DNA from: a virus
Virus record (IMG/VR): IMGVR_UViG_3300037042_004723
Span: 32,001-96,000 of that record
DNA length: 64,000 nt
Strand: one strand, 5' to 3'
Shown here piece after piece: positions 36,706 through 46,175 of this stretch (the first letter of the stretch is position 1; every line of letters begins with the position of its first letter). The position numbers were made by a program, and so were the translations under genes. The notes beneath the pieces are model-generated. The model was not told the DNA's origin. It saw only the letters and a program-made list of their open reading frames with translations, and did no database searches.

Positions 36706-36999
36706 ATGACCAAGGAAGACCTCGATAAGGCCAAGCGGAACGCCGAAAGCTGGCTGAACCGCTCGGACGAAGACAAGGCGTACCTGGGAGCCGCCATGCG
36801 CGAGGCGCAGGCCAACGAAATGGCCCAGACAATGCTCAAGCTGTTGGCGTACGTCCAGCAGCTGACCGAGGGGCTGTGCGACGTTGCCCGGGATGAGGTC
36901 GCCCGGTGCTGCGATGAGGCCCACGACATCGACAAAGATGCCGTTCGGCTCATCACGCGCCTCCTGGCGACCGTGGCTCAGGGTATTAAGAAGGTATGA
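36706..36999 (+). CDS. Hypothetical protein
   Basis: ATG 6 nt after a class I box. Confidence 0.75.
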   Translation: MTKEDLDKAKRNAESWLNRSDEDKAYLGAAMREAQANEMAQTMLKLLAYVQQLTEGLCDVARDEVARCCDEAHDIDKDAVRLITRLLATVAQGIKKV

Positions 37000-37166
37000 A
37001 TCGCTGCACCAGAGCCGCCTGCCGGGTCGAAATCGACGCTCGCCACACCGCCTACCATCGGGACACCAACGCGCCCTACTGCATCAAGTGCGCGCGGATG
37101 ATCAACGACGCCGCTGGCGAAAAAGTCGTGCCCTGGTCGGTTTTGCCGAAAAAGAAGCCGGCTTGA
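36996..37166 (+). CDS. 56-aa Cys-containing protein, not in the ORF track
   Basis: ATGAA overlap with the previous stop; translated by hand. Confidence 0.5.
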   Translation: MNRCTRAACRVEIDARHTAYHRDTNAPYCIKCARMINDAAGEKVVPWSVLPKKKPA

Positions 37167-37259
37167 ATTGTAGGTAGCGCATGAAGAAGACCATCAAAGA
37201 ATTTACGATTTCACGCCGCCCCCATGGGGCCTTGACGGCTTTCTATGGCCACAGCCTAG

Positions 37260-37670
37260 ATGGACACTTTGAACGAGACCACTGAGCGCGAGGACGTCGA
37301 CTTCTACAACCTCATCACGGCCGAGCGTGGCATGCCTGCGGGATGGCGGTGGTTCGAGCTGAAGTGTGTCGGTGAGCTGGCCGACGATGGTTCTGGCGTG
37401 CTTGTGACTGGCGCAGTTTGTACGGCGACGTTTTCTCGTGGGAAGCGTAAGGGCGAGACGAACTGGGCCAAGCGAGACTGGAGCACCCAGCGGGATCTGT
37501 TCATCTCGCGCAACGAATACGACAAGCGGCGCAAGCGGTGGCAGGCCGACACCGGCAAATGCGTCGAGTGTCTTGGCTCTGGCCAGCGATTTGCCAGCTC
37601 TAGCATCCACACAGGAACGACGTACAAGCCGTGCAGCAAATGCGGCGCTACGGGGAGGATTGCACCATGA
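37260..37670 (+). CDS. Hypothetical protein with CxxCxGxG Zn finger
   Basis: CVECLGSG...CSKCGATG. Confidence 0.7.
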   Translation: MDTLNETTEREDVDFYNLITAERGMPAGWRWFELKCVGELADDGSGVLVTGAVCTATFSRGKRKGETNWAKRDWSTQRDLFISRNEYDKRRKRWQADTGKCVECLGSGQRFASSSIHTGTTYKPCSKCGATGRIAP

Positions 37671-37975
37671 GCGACAAGAAGGACGATCAGAACGAACCGC
37701 TGACGGAGGGTAGCTTCTCGGTCAATCTGGCGGAGTTGAGGCCGGTTGATCGGGTGTTTCCGGAGGCGCATCGCCCCGTGGCCATCGCAACAGGGAACTG
37801 CGTCGCTTCGCCGCTGGGCTGCGGCCGGAAGGTTCAGGGCTTCCTGGATGAAATTTCCGCCAAGGAATATCAGATCACCGGGCACTGCCAAAAATGCCAA
37901 GATCGCATCTACGCCGAGCTGGCCGAAGATGCGGAGGAGGCCATGTCTCAGGTTAGAACGCATCCTGTGGATTAA
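37667..37975 (+). CDS. Hypothetical protein
   Basis: ATGA coupling; GGAGG RBS. Confidence 0.7.
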   Translation: MSDKKDDQNEPLTEGSFSVNLAELRPVDRVFPEAHRPVAIATGNCVASPLGCGRKVQGFLDEISAKEYQITGHCQKCQDRIYAELAEDAEEAMSQVRTHPVD

Positions 37976-38129
37976 GGACGGAATTCTGTGAGTGAACTCT
38001 TGATGTCGTTAGCGACGAACATCGTCCCGGTGGTCGCCGTCGCGATCTTGGTCAAAATCAAGATGCGAGAGGCGCGTCGGTGTGCCTGCTACGACCCACG
38101 CATCGGTCGGCTGGGCGAAATCGCACGAG

Positions 38130-38582
38130 ATGATTGAGGATTTGACTCCCGTCGAGCTGGCCTGCCAGCACATTCGTGGCGCCACCGACGAGGAGGATCC
38201 TCAGTGCAGGGTGTGCCATGGGGAAATTCATGTAACGCAGGGCAATGAGCCGACGGCGTTTTGTGACTCTTGTGCCTGGAAGGCGTTGGACGCGCTTGCC
38301 GATGAAATCGTTCGTCTCGATGACAAGTCCGACTTGCTGAACGCTCAGCGTAGGGCCCTCGTGGCTGAGCAAGCTCTTGCGGTTAGCGCCGATGAGATTC
38401 GTCACCTGAAGATGCTCATGACGTTCATCAGCGAGCACGCGATGACGGTTTCTCAGACGGCCCTGGGTCCGCTTAGTGAGATTCAGCGGACGATGCTCAG
38501 GGAGATCAAGCAGGCTGCTCGTGGCACTGCGCCCGACTGGTTCCTGGAGGATTGGGGCGAGCGAACCAAGGGCGAAGAATGA
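38130..38582 (+). CDS. Hypothetical protein with Zn finger and coiled coil
   Basis: CRVC...CDSC; start uncertain. Confidence 0.6.
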   Translation: MIEDLTPVELACQHIRGATDEEDPQCRVCHGEIHVTQGNEPTAFCDSCAWKALDALADEIVRLDDKSDLLNAQRRALVAEQALAVSADEIRHLKMLMTFISEHAMTVSQTALGPLSEIQRTMLREIKQAARGTAPDWFLEDWGERTKGEE

Positions 38583-38639
38583 ACAAGTAATTTGTTTATA
38601 TTTTGTGAAAATCCGAGTAATATCAGTTGTAGTTAAACC

Positions 38640-40700
38640 ATGAGCATCAGCGTTCAAAACGGTGTCTGGGTAGCCACATATCCATACGAGCAGCGTAACG
38701 TGCCGAAGGAGGCAGGCTTCTGGTGGCACGGCGGCGACTGCAAGGACAGCTGCATCGGCTGCAAGAACGGGCTCCGGCTCAAGGTCTGGTGGACGCCCAA
38801 GTCGGAGTGCGCCGCCCGCCTGTTGTCGCAGTGCGACCAGGAGGCGAAGGACCTGCTTGCCGGCCACATCAAGACCATCCAGGCGTCCCGGGCGACTGAT
38901 GCGGATATCGAGATTCCCTGCAACGAGGGCCTCGCTTATCTGCCTTACCAGAAGGGTGGAATTGCATATGCCGTGGCGCGAAAGAACACGCTCATTGGCG
39001 ACGAAATGGGCCTAGGTAAGAGTATCGAGGCCTTAGGCGTAATCAACGCCGTAAATGAAGTAAAGTCAGTGCTCCTGGTCTGCCCGGCGTCGTTGCGTCT
39101 CAATTGGAAGCGCGAGGCAACTAAGTGGCTGACTCGGCCGTTTGAGATCTTCGTTGTTGAGAAGATGAAGGATGTTATTCCAGAGACGGCAGCCTTCGTC
39201 ATCGTGAACTATGAGTTGGTCCGTGGGAGGCGTATTGATGACCCGAATGGAGCGATGGCGCCGAATGGGAATGTGCTGAAGATTGTTCAGTCTTCGCCCA
39301 TTCACGCCCAGCTCATGGCCCGTAACTGGGACGTGATGGTCGTGGACGAATGCCATCGCCTCAAGGACACCAAGGCCCTCCAGTCAATCGCCGTGCTTGG
39401 GTCGACGGGAAATAAAAAGAAGGGTGATCTGCCGGTCCACGGCCTCAAGGACCAGGCTGCGCGTAACGTCTTCCTGACCGGCACGCCGTTCCTGAATCGC
39501 CCCATCGAGCTGCAGCCAATCCTCGCGGCGCTTGCTCCGGCCGAGTTCGGCAACTTCTTTGCCTTCGCCAAGCGCTACGCCGCAGCGCATCAGGATGAGC
39601 GCGGGCACTGGGATTTCAGCGGGTCGTCAAATCTCGGAGAGCTTCAAGAACGCCTTAGATCGACGGTGCTCGTTAGACGCCTGAAGCGTGATGTTTTGCG
39701 CGAGCTTCCGCCCAAGCGCCGGCAGGTCATCGTCCTCCCCACGGATGGCGCTGCCAAGGCAGTGGCTGCTGAGGCGAAGGCCTGGGCAGCACACGAGGAG
39801 CGTCTGGCGACCCTCAGAGGCGATGCCGACTTCGCCCACGCCTCCGGCGACCCGAGCGCCTACAAAGCAGCCGTAGAGGCCCTGAAGGCAGCCTCGAATA
39901 TTGGATTCCAGGAGATCTCCCAAGAGCGTAAGAACGTCGCCGTCGCCAAGATTCCAAAAGTCATCGAGCACGTCGAGGACATGTACGAGCAAGGAATCGA
40001 GAAGCTGGTTTTATTTTGTCACCACCACGACGTCGCGAACGCTATCTCTGCGCATTTTGGGGCTGCTTGCGTCAAGCTGACCGGAGAGGTGACGTCGAAC
40101 AAGGAGCGCCAGGACGCGGTCGATCGATTCCAGAACGATCCAAGTATCAAGCTGTTCGTCGGCTCCATCGGAGCGGCCGGCGTCGGCCATACGCTGACGG
40201 CATCATCAACGGTCGTGTTTGCAGAGCTGGACTGGGTCCCGGCGAATGTGAGCCAGGCTGAAGACAGAACGCATCGACTCGGGCAAGCCAACAGCGTCCT
40301 CGTTCAGCATCTAGTGCTTGATGGTTCGCTCGATGCGCGGATGGCTGCGATCTTGGTCGAGAAGCAGGATATCGCAGACAAGGCGCTGGACAAGGACACG
40401 GAGATTGACGTACCGGCGCCTGCTGCCGTGGCCCGCCGTCCGCATGGATACCCCATCGCGACGGATATCAAGCGTGCGGCTGCCCACCAGGCGATGAAGA
40501 CGCTGGCCAGCATGTGTGACGGCGCAGTCGTTGAAGATGGCGCCGGATTTAACAAGACCGACACGTCCGTTGGACACAAGCTCGCTGCTGCGGTTGAGCT
40601 GACCGATGGGCAGGTCTGGCTCGCGGCTTCCTTCGCTCGTAAATATCGCCGCCAGCTCCCGGAGGCCACGTTGGTTGGTTGCGGTCTTGAGCCCTTCTAG
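38640..40700 (+). CDS. SNF2-family helicase/ATPase
   Basis: GDEMGLGKS (I), VVDECH (II), TGTP (III), QAEDRTHRLGQ (VI); class I promoter. Confidence 0.95.
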   Translation: MSISVQNGVWVATYPYEQRNVPKEAGFWWHGGDCKDSCIGCKNGLRLKVWWTPKSECAARLLSQCDQEAKDLLAGHIKTIQASRATDADIEIPCNEGLAYLPYQKGGIAYAVARKNTLIGDEMGLGKSIEALGVINAVNEVKSVLLVCPASLRLNWKREATKWLTRPFEIFVVEKMKDVIPETAAFVIVNYELVRGRRIDDPNGAMAPNGNVLKIVQSSPIHAQLMARNWDVMVVDECHRLKDTKALQSIAVLGSTGNKKKGDLPVHGLKDQAARNVFLTGTPFLNRPIELQPILAALAPAEFGNFFAFAKRYAAAHQDERGHWDFSGSSNLGELQERLRSTVLVRRLKRDVLRELPPKRRQVIVLPTDGAAKAVAAEAKAWAAHEERLATLRGDADFAHASGDPSAYKAAVEALKAASNIGFQEISQERKNVAVAKIPKVIEHVEDMYEQGIEKLVLFCHHHDVANAISAHFGAACVKLTGEVTSNKERQDAVDRFQNDPSIKLFVGSIGAAGVGHTLTASSTVVFAELDWVPANVSQAEDRTHRLGQANSVLVQHLVLDGSLDARMAAILVEKQDIADKALDKDTEIDVPAPAAVARRPHGYPIATDIKRAAAHQAMKTLASMCDGAVVEDGAGFNKTDTSVGHKLAAAVELTDGQVWLAASFARKYRRQLPEATLVGCGLEPF

Positions 40701-40742
40701 CACCTAGACAATCGACGATACGGGTGAGAAGGTCTGCGGCGA

Positions 40743-40973
40743 ATGTCAGCGCTCATCGAAGGACTGCTTGCCCAAGCGGTCGATAAGTCGGACGAGGATT
40801 CCATCTTGGTGCGAGCGGCAGATCTAAGACTGGTGTGCCAGCAGGCGACCGCACGGGCGCAGATGATTGCTATCTACGAGGAGCTGCTTGCGCATGCAGC
40901 TGAGGCGATCACTACCGGCAAGCCGAACCTTGATTTGGCCAACGTTATCCTGCGCGCAATCGCCGCGAGGTAA
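40743..40973 (+). CDS. Hypothetical protein
   Basis: Operon context. Confidence 0.6.
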   Translation: MSALIEGLLAQAVDKSDEDSILVRAADLRLVCQQATARAQMIAIYEELLAHAAEAITTGKPNLDLANVILRAIAAR

Positions 40974-40976
40974 TCC

Positions 40977-41423
40977 ATGATTTACGAAATCGCAAACCCA
41001 TCAGATGCCTGCACCATCGAAGCCGACGACAGCGTCCTGGCAGCCATCGCCGTTCTTATCCTGAGCAATGGCGCCTATGGCCTGTACGATGAGGATGGGC
41101 GCACGGTCCTTCCGATCTTTGCCTTCTCAGGCCCGGAGAGGCTCATCGAGTGGCTCAAGGACCACGGCATCGAAGACGGCAAGATCGACGAGTTCTACGC
41201 CAAGAACGGCGACGAAATGGCGAAGATCCTGGAGTCTGTCGCCTACGGTAAAATCGACGACCGTAAGGGCATTACGGCGTTGACCGACAAGATGTCCGCC
41301 GCCGATCGACTTGAGGCCCTTTCCAAGTGGAACGAATCCAGGCGGTCATCAGTGACGGACATCAGCGCGGCTTGCCTTGGGTTAGCCAAGGTTTTTCGCG
41401 AGAAGGCTACCGGCAATGGGTAG
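40977..41423 (+). CDS. Hypothetical protein
   Basis: Operon context; GAGG RBS. Confidence 0.7.
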   Translation: MIYEIANPSDACTIEADDSVLAAIAVLILSNGAYGLYDEDGRTVLPIFAFSGPERLIEWLKDHGIEDGKIDEFYAKNGDEMAKILESVAYGKIDDRKGITALTDKMSAADRLEALSKWNESRRSSVTDISAACLGLAKVFREKATGNG

Positions 41424-41724
41424 GTCGATGACGTTCGACGATCTCATGGGGCTGGCAAGCATCGCCGTTTCCCCTCATGCCGTGGGCACCATTTTGAGGA
41501 CGGACCGTGAGGTCTGCGAGATGATGTCCAAGGCGTTGCTGAACCTGTTCGGCGAGGCTCAGCCGTGTGGCTGGCCGGAACCACTCATTGCCGATGATGG
41601 CGAGGGTGCCGCCGTTGACATCGGGATAGGGGATCCAATTTCAACTGGAGAGCTTCGCGCGCTCTGCGCAATATGGATGCGCGCATGCGACGAGGCGGAG
41701 GCCAAGGAACATGCCGGAGACTAA
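41416..41724 (+). CDS. Hypothetical protein
   Basis: Overlapping operon gene. Confidence 0.65.
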   Translation: MGRSMTFDDLMGLASIAVSPHAVGTILRTDREVCEMMSKALLNLFGEAQPCGWPEPLIADDGEGAAVDIGIGDPISTGELRALCAIWMRACDEAEAKEHAGD

Positions 41725-42106
41725 GACCCTGATGGAAATCCTGGCAGGCGTGAAGTCGGAGCAGTCTGGCAGTCCTGGCAAGGTTCAGTCGGCCGCGCTG
41801 GTCTGTAACGGCCAGTACGGCGGGATGCTCGTTCAGGTCAAGCCTGGCTGTTGCCTTGAGACGGATTCCAGCGAAGGAGAAACGTTCATGCTTGGCGATT
41901 TCGGCTTGGACGATGCCCCGAATGGGCTGTCAGTCTGGGAGGGGTACGACCATTGGCAGCCCGGCGGCTATGAGTACCCGCAGGACGGCGAACTCTACTA
42001 CACCGGAAAATTCAGGCCGCTGACCGCCGGAGAAGTTGCGGTGCTGGCATCCGGTGGGTCGTTGTGGCCGATTCAAGAGGATCGCGGGGAGGAAGACGGT
42101 GGGTGA
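41711..42106 (+). CDS. Hypothetical protein
   Basis: AAGGA RBS. Confidence 0.65.
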   Translation: MPETKTLMEILAGVKSEQSGSPGKVQSAALVCNGQYGGMLVQVKPGCCLETDSSEGETFMLGDFGLDDAPNGLSVWEGYDHWQPGGYEYPQDGELYYTGKFRPLTAGEVAVLASGGSLWPIQEDRGEEDGG

Positions 42107-42290
42107 CGAGCCCGTCAAGCTGCCGACGCGCGAGGAGATGCTCGCCGCTGTGCTTCCAGTTGAATGGAGCAGCTTAGCGAGGGCAGGCGACCGCACGTTC
42201 GGTCCTGTCGTCTATCGGTTTGCTACCGAAGCAGACAGGGATAATTTTGGAAAGGCCGGGACCCGCGCCTTAGCATTTCGGAGCAAGTAA
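42099..42290 (+). CDS. Hypothetical protein
   Basis: GTG start after GGAGG. Confidence 0.5.
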   Translation: MGDEPVKLPTREEMLAAVLPVEWSSLARAGDRTFGPVVYRFATEADRDNFGKAGTRALAFRSK

Positions 42291-42314
42291 TGGCTGTTTA
42301 TTGATGCCGGTGCC

Positions 42315-42617
42315 TTGACGACGAAGAAGATCCGGAGCCAGGCATCCTGGGTTGGTCGCAGGTATTATCCTGGTCCGGAAGATCAGGAACGTGCGGCCGA
42401 GCTGAAGGCGCAGCGCTCCCTGCCGACGTCGTTTCCCGGCAGGCGTGCCGAGAAGGACAAGAACGAACAGTATTGGTGGTGGGTGACTCAGGAGCTTCCG
42501 AGCAAGCAGAGCGTGTCCAGTTCGTTCAAGGCCACGTCAGCCGAAGATGCTATCGAAGCATCTCGATATTCGCTACCTTACGTGCCTGCGGAGGATCTGG
42601 AGCCAAATGGGAAGTAG
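42315..42617 (+). CDS. Hypothetical protein
   Basis: ORF track. Confidence 0.55.
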   Translation: MTTKKIRSQASWVGRRYYPGPEDQERAAELKAQRSLPTSFPGRRAEKDKNEQYWWWVTQELPSKQSVSSSFKATSAEDAIEASRYSLPYVPAEDLEPNGK

Positions 42618-42972
42618 AGATCACAGCATCGAGTGCGAGAAATGCGGTGCCTGCAAGGGCGGGATGAACGACCTCAAGTGTCTCTGCGAGACCGGCCAGT
42701 TCGAGCGGGAGGCTCCGCTTGCCTGGGTTGGGACGCCTGAGCAGGCCGACGCCGCACGAGCCCTGATCGATGCGCTGATTTATCCCAACCGGGACTTCGA
42801 GCACGCCTGGGAGCAGGCCAGCCTGCACTGGGGCAGGTTTGGCGAAGTTCCGGCCAGGATCGCCCTGCTGGAGGTTGCCCTAATAGAGGCATGCGAGATC
42901 GCGATAGCGTCAGGGCGCTGTGATAAAGACCGGATCGGGACCCTGCTTGCCATGGCCGTCGCCAAATGTTGA
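42607..42972 (+). CDS. Hypothetical protein
   Basis: Start at MGSRD. Confidence 0.6.
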   Translation: MGSRDHSIECEKCGACKGGMNDLKCLCETGQFEREAPLAWVGTPEQADAARALIDALIYPNRDFEHAWEQASLHWGRFGEVPARIALLEVALIEACEIAIASGRCDKDRIGTLLAMAVAKC

Positions 42973-42980
42973 GTAAATAG

Positions 42981-43196
42981 ATGGAAGACCACAAGTGGGA
43001 AGATGCAGCCACGGAATGGCAGAAGAACTATCTTAGGATAAAGGCAGATCGAGATGCGCTTGAAGCAAAACTGCGGAATATCTGCGAAGCTGGTATGAAG
43101 GTTCAGCGAGGATGTGACTGCGAGTACGATTACCGCTGTGGTAACTGCTCGCATGTAGTGGCACTGCATAACGTTATACAGGAAATGATGAAATGA
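42981..43196 (+). CDS. Hypothetical protein
   Basis: ATGA coupling to the next gene. Confidence 0.6.
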   Translation: MEDHKWEDAATEWQKNYLRIKADRDALEAKLRNICEAGMKVQRGCDCEYDYRCGNCSHVVALHNVIQEMMK

Positions 43197-44185
43197 CGCT
43201 AAAGCCTGGTGATAAGGGTCCGGAAGTTGAACAACTGCAGCTTCGTCTCAAGGCTGCCGGATATGACCCCGGAGAGATTGACGGCGACTACGGCAAGAAG
43301 ACTGAAGCCGCAGTGCTTGCCTTCCAGGTGGATCGTCCAGACATCGACGACGACGGCATGGCCGGGCCCCAGACCATGGGCTCGCTGAATGCTGCCATCC
43401 TGAAGATCAGCCTGGCTCCGCCCAGGCCGCCTGTCGAGAGCGATATCGTCCCATGCGATGATGCGACGTGGGCGCATTTTCAGTTCCTTGTTGATTCGAT
43501 TACGAACAAGCCGGTCAGGTATGGTCCAGGGCGCGGGCTCTGGATTGACGACAAGTTCGTCATCACCTACGGGGCCGGGAAGCTTGGAGGGACCACCAGG
43601 CAGTGGCCGAACGTCCTCGGAAAGACGTATCCGGCGTTCCACTGCACGTCATGGTGCAATTTCTTCATCAGCTGGCTGTGCCGTCGGAACCAGGACTATA
43701 CGCACGCCGGCAACATCCCGGCGATCTGGGATCTTCTCCTGAAGAGCCCCGACGTCCACCAGAACCCGGGCGCTGGCCCCTATCGTGGCTTCGGCGATGT
43801 TTGCTATCAGATTCCGCAGGACGGTTCGGCCGTCAAGCGCAGCGGAATTCCAAAGGTTATGGACGCGCGAGAGCTGTACGATCGTCGTTCGGACCTGCCG
43901 ACGTTCATGCTGTTCGGTCAGTCAACCAAGCGGAGCACCGGATGGAGCTGGTGGCACCACACGGGCGTGTACGTGGCTCGCGACGGAAAGCTGTTCCGGA
44001 TCGCCGCAGACGGCTCGAAGGGGTCGAACGGCTACTCGGGAAGCCCGATGAAGTACACGGAGATCACCGACAAGAACCTCGCCAATTATAGCAACGTGGT
44101 CTACCGCGTCTATGGCGTCAGGACGACCAACGGAACGTACGGCGATACCTCTCGGCCAATCGCCCGAGTAGAGTTCGAGCAGTAG
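43193..44185 (+). CDS. Putative endolysin: N-terminal peptidoglycan-binding domain plus a Cys/His catalytic-like domain
   Basis: LKPGDKGPEVEQLQLRL...IDGDYGKKTEAAVLAFQ...DDDGMAGPQT (PG_binding_1 pattern); HCTSWC and HHTG downstream. Confidence 0.75.
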   Translation: MTLKPGDKGPEVEQLQLRLKAAGYDPGEIDGDYGKKTEAAVLAFQVDRPDIDDDGMAGPQTMGSLNAAILKISLAPPRPPVESDIVPCDDATWAHFQFLVDSITNKPVRYGPGRGLWIDDKFVITYGAGKLGGTTRQWPNVLGKTYPAFHCTSWCNFFISWLCRRNQDYTHAGNIPAIWDLLLKSPDVHQNPGAGPYRGFGDVCYQIPQDGSAVKRSGIPKVMDARELYDRRSDLPTFMLFGQSTKRSTGWSWWHHTGVYVARDGKLFRIAADGSKGSNGYSGSPMKYTEITDKNLANYSNVVYRVYGVRTTNGTYGDTSRPIARVEFEQ

Positions 44186-44188
44186 GCC

Positions 44189-44449
44189 GTGACTGCTGGC
44201 GAGCTAAAAGACGAATGCGAGCGAGCCCGTCAGCAGGGACTGAAGTTCGTTGTCATTCGGATCGAGCGTCATGGCGGCGCCCGTATTCAAATCGTCAAGG
44301 GACTGCTTGGCAGCGTCGTGGGATCCGATAAGCATGGGTCCTTCGTTGCGCTTGAAATCGCCAAGGCCGAAGCGAAGCTTGCTGGGATGGATCCGGCGAC
44401 GAATATCCCGAAGGTATTCGCTCACAGAGCCAAGGTTATTCTCCCATGA
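44189..44449 (+). CDS. Hypothetical protein
   Basis: ORF track. Confidence 0.55.
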   Translation: MTAGELKDECERARQQGLKFVVIRIERHGGARIQIVKGLLGSVVGSDKHGSFVALEIAKAEAKLAGMDPATNIPKVFAHRAKVILP

Positions 44450-44690
44450 CAATTACATCATGCATCTCATGCAATCAGATGTATGCGCCAAGGCTGGGTC
44501 GCGGCAAGTCGCTCATGACAATCCGCCTGCGTCTGCCGGTCTCCGCAGGGCTTCAGGCGAACCACTAGCTGGCCAAGGCAACGCTTCTCGACAGGAAGCC
44601 GTGGTGGTATTGGAGGAGATACCGATGTTCTCCTGTCCAAACCGCGCGAGCGCTTGCGCGGGAGTCTGCGAAGGCTGCCCCAGGAAGAAG

Positions 44691-44993
44691 CTAGAACCGG
44701 CGCTCGGACTTGATGTGGTCGCTGAGTCGCTCCAGGGCGTCAATCTCATCAGGAGAGACGACCTTGCGTCGTGCGGGGAAGCAGATGTCGTCGATGACGG
44801 CGAGCGGTTCGTATCTGAGATCGAGCGGAGTTCTGTCAGGAACGTCCAGCGGGGCGATGTCGGCGGGTGTCTCGTCGAACCTGCGGACAGCGGGAGGAGT
44901 CCCCATGGTGCGGCCAGCGATAAGCACTACGAGTGCTGCGACCGCAACGATGACGATGACGAGAGCTAACATTTCTATCCTAGGACTATTCAT
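44691..44993 (-). CDS. Membrane-anchored hypothetical protein
   Basis: N-terminal hydrophobic helix. Confidence 0.6.
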   Translation of the reverse strand: MNSPRIEMLALVIVIVAVAALVVLIAGRTMGTPPAVRRFDETPADIAPLDVPDRTPLDLRYEPLAVIDDICFPARRKVVSPDEIDALERLSDHIKSERRF

Positions 44994-45198
44994 CGTGCTG
45001 TCGGCTGGCGATCAGCGGGAGCACGTGCATTGCGGGCACCCGGCAGATCGGGGTTGACGGGTCCCTTCCACAATAGCTGCAGAGGCCCTTCTCAGCAAGG
45101 TCAGACCTTTGGTTGATCTCCCTGATGATGTCTATTTTTGGGGGCCCGGATCCGTCGCTCATTGCGGCGGATCTACATCTAATGGCTGATAATTTCCA

Positions 45199-45666
45199 CT
45201 ACTTTTTGTCCAGCATAATCTCGTGAGCCATCTTTATCAAGCGGGCCCGGTCGGCATCTCGCTGTCTGCGAATCGCCTCCCTGGCGACCGGATTCCCCCA
45301 GAAGCGCAGGTCGTCTTCCATTTCCTCCCGCCTGCGACCATGGAATCCCAACGGATCGAAGTTGTCGGCGCCGAGTTGTGTACGGCTGCGTGCGGGTCCT
45401 CGATAGCGAGACTTCAGGAAGGAGTCATGGACGGACCTGAGCCCCTTGAACCGCTCCTCCTTGAGCTTGATCTCCTCTGCTGGGAGGTGCTGGTTGTGGT
45501 CAGGGTGATAGCTGGAGGCGATGGCGCGGAAGCCTTTGCGGCAGACCTCCTTGGCTTCCTCAAGCAACCTGGTGCCGTCCGTGTGATTGGAGGCAGCCCT
45601 GATGGTGGCGAATACCTCTTCGGTGACGCCCATCTCGGCAAGGCATTCGCGCACCTCGTCGGTCAT
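45199..45666 (-). CDS. J-domain (DnaJ-like) protein
   Basis: KGFRAIASSYHPDHN...EERFKGL, an HPD motif between helices. Confidence 0.7.
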   Translation of the reverse strand: MTDEVRECLAEMGVTEEVFATIRAASNHTDGTRLLEEAKEVCRKGFRAIASSYHPDHNQHLPAEEIKLKEERFKGLRSVHDSFLKSRYRGPARSRTQLGADNFDPLGFHGRRREEMEDDLRFWGNPVAREAIRRQRDADRARLIKMAHEIMLDKK

Positions 45667-45802
45667 GCCAGTGACCCTGCGCATCAGAATAATCCCTTAG
45701 GCCAATGGGAATTCTCTTTCTCGTGCATGACGGCTTTGATGAACCGTCGAGCCTGTTCGTTGGTTATCTTGAACTCAGCGGCTGCGGCGTAGATCGCCAA
45801 GG

Positions 45803-46174
45803 CTAGACAGTCGCCAGATGGATTGTTCCTGTTGGCATAACGGTCGCCACCCCCGAGTACGGCAGATGGCACTTGAATAGCGAGATCGCCGCATCGGGTT
45901 GGGCCGTCACCGCATTGGAGGCGTGCTCCAAGAAGTCGTTGCACAGCTCCGCGTCGTCTTCCAGGACGATGTGATGGGTCGCCTGCAGATCTCTTGCGTG
46001 CCAAGCGCGGGATGCAATAGGCCACGGGCCCGTTCGCCCCGCGACCGTCAAGGTTCCGTCCCGTTTGTCATCGGATACCACAGTGGCCTGTGGAATTTGT
46101 TCGAGGATGCACCGAAGGGAGTCGACTCTGTCTGAACGCCATGGGGCGTGCATAACAGAAACAGAGATCTTCAT
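45803..46174 (-). CDS. Glycosyltransferase-like protein, possibly truncated
   Basis: THHIVLEDDA motif of GT-A-fold enzymes; only 123 aa. Confidence 0.5.
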   Translation of the reverse strand: MKISVSVMHAPWRSDRVDSLRCILEQIPQATVVSDDKRDGTLTVAGRTGPWPIASRAWHARDLQATHHIVLEDDAELCNDFLEHASNAVTAQPDAAISLFKCHLPYSGVATVMPTGTIHLATV

Positions 46175-46175
46175 A

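Noticed and set aside
45684-46174. Programmed frameshift joining the glycosyltransferase-like ORF to 45684..46025
   Set aside because: No slippery sequence recognised and the second frame shows no glycosyltransferase motif; left unresolved
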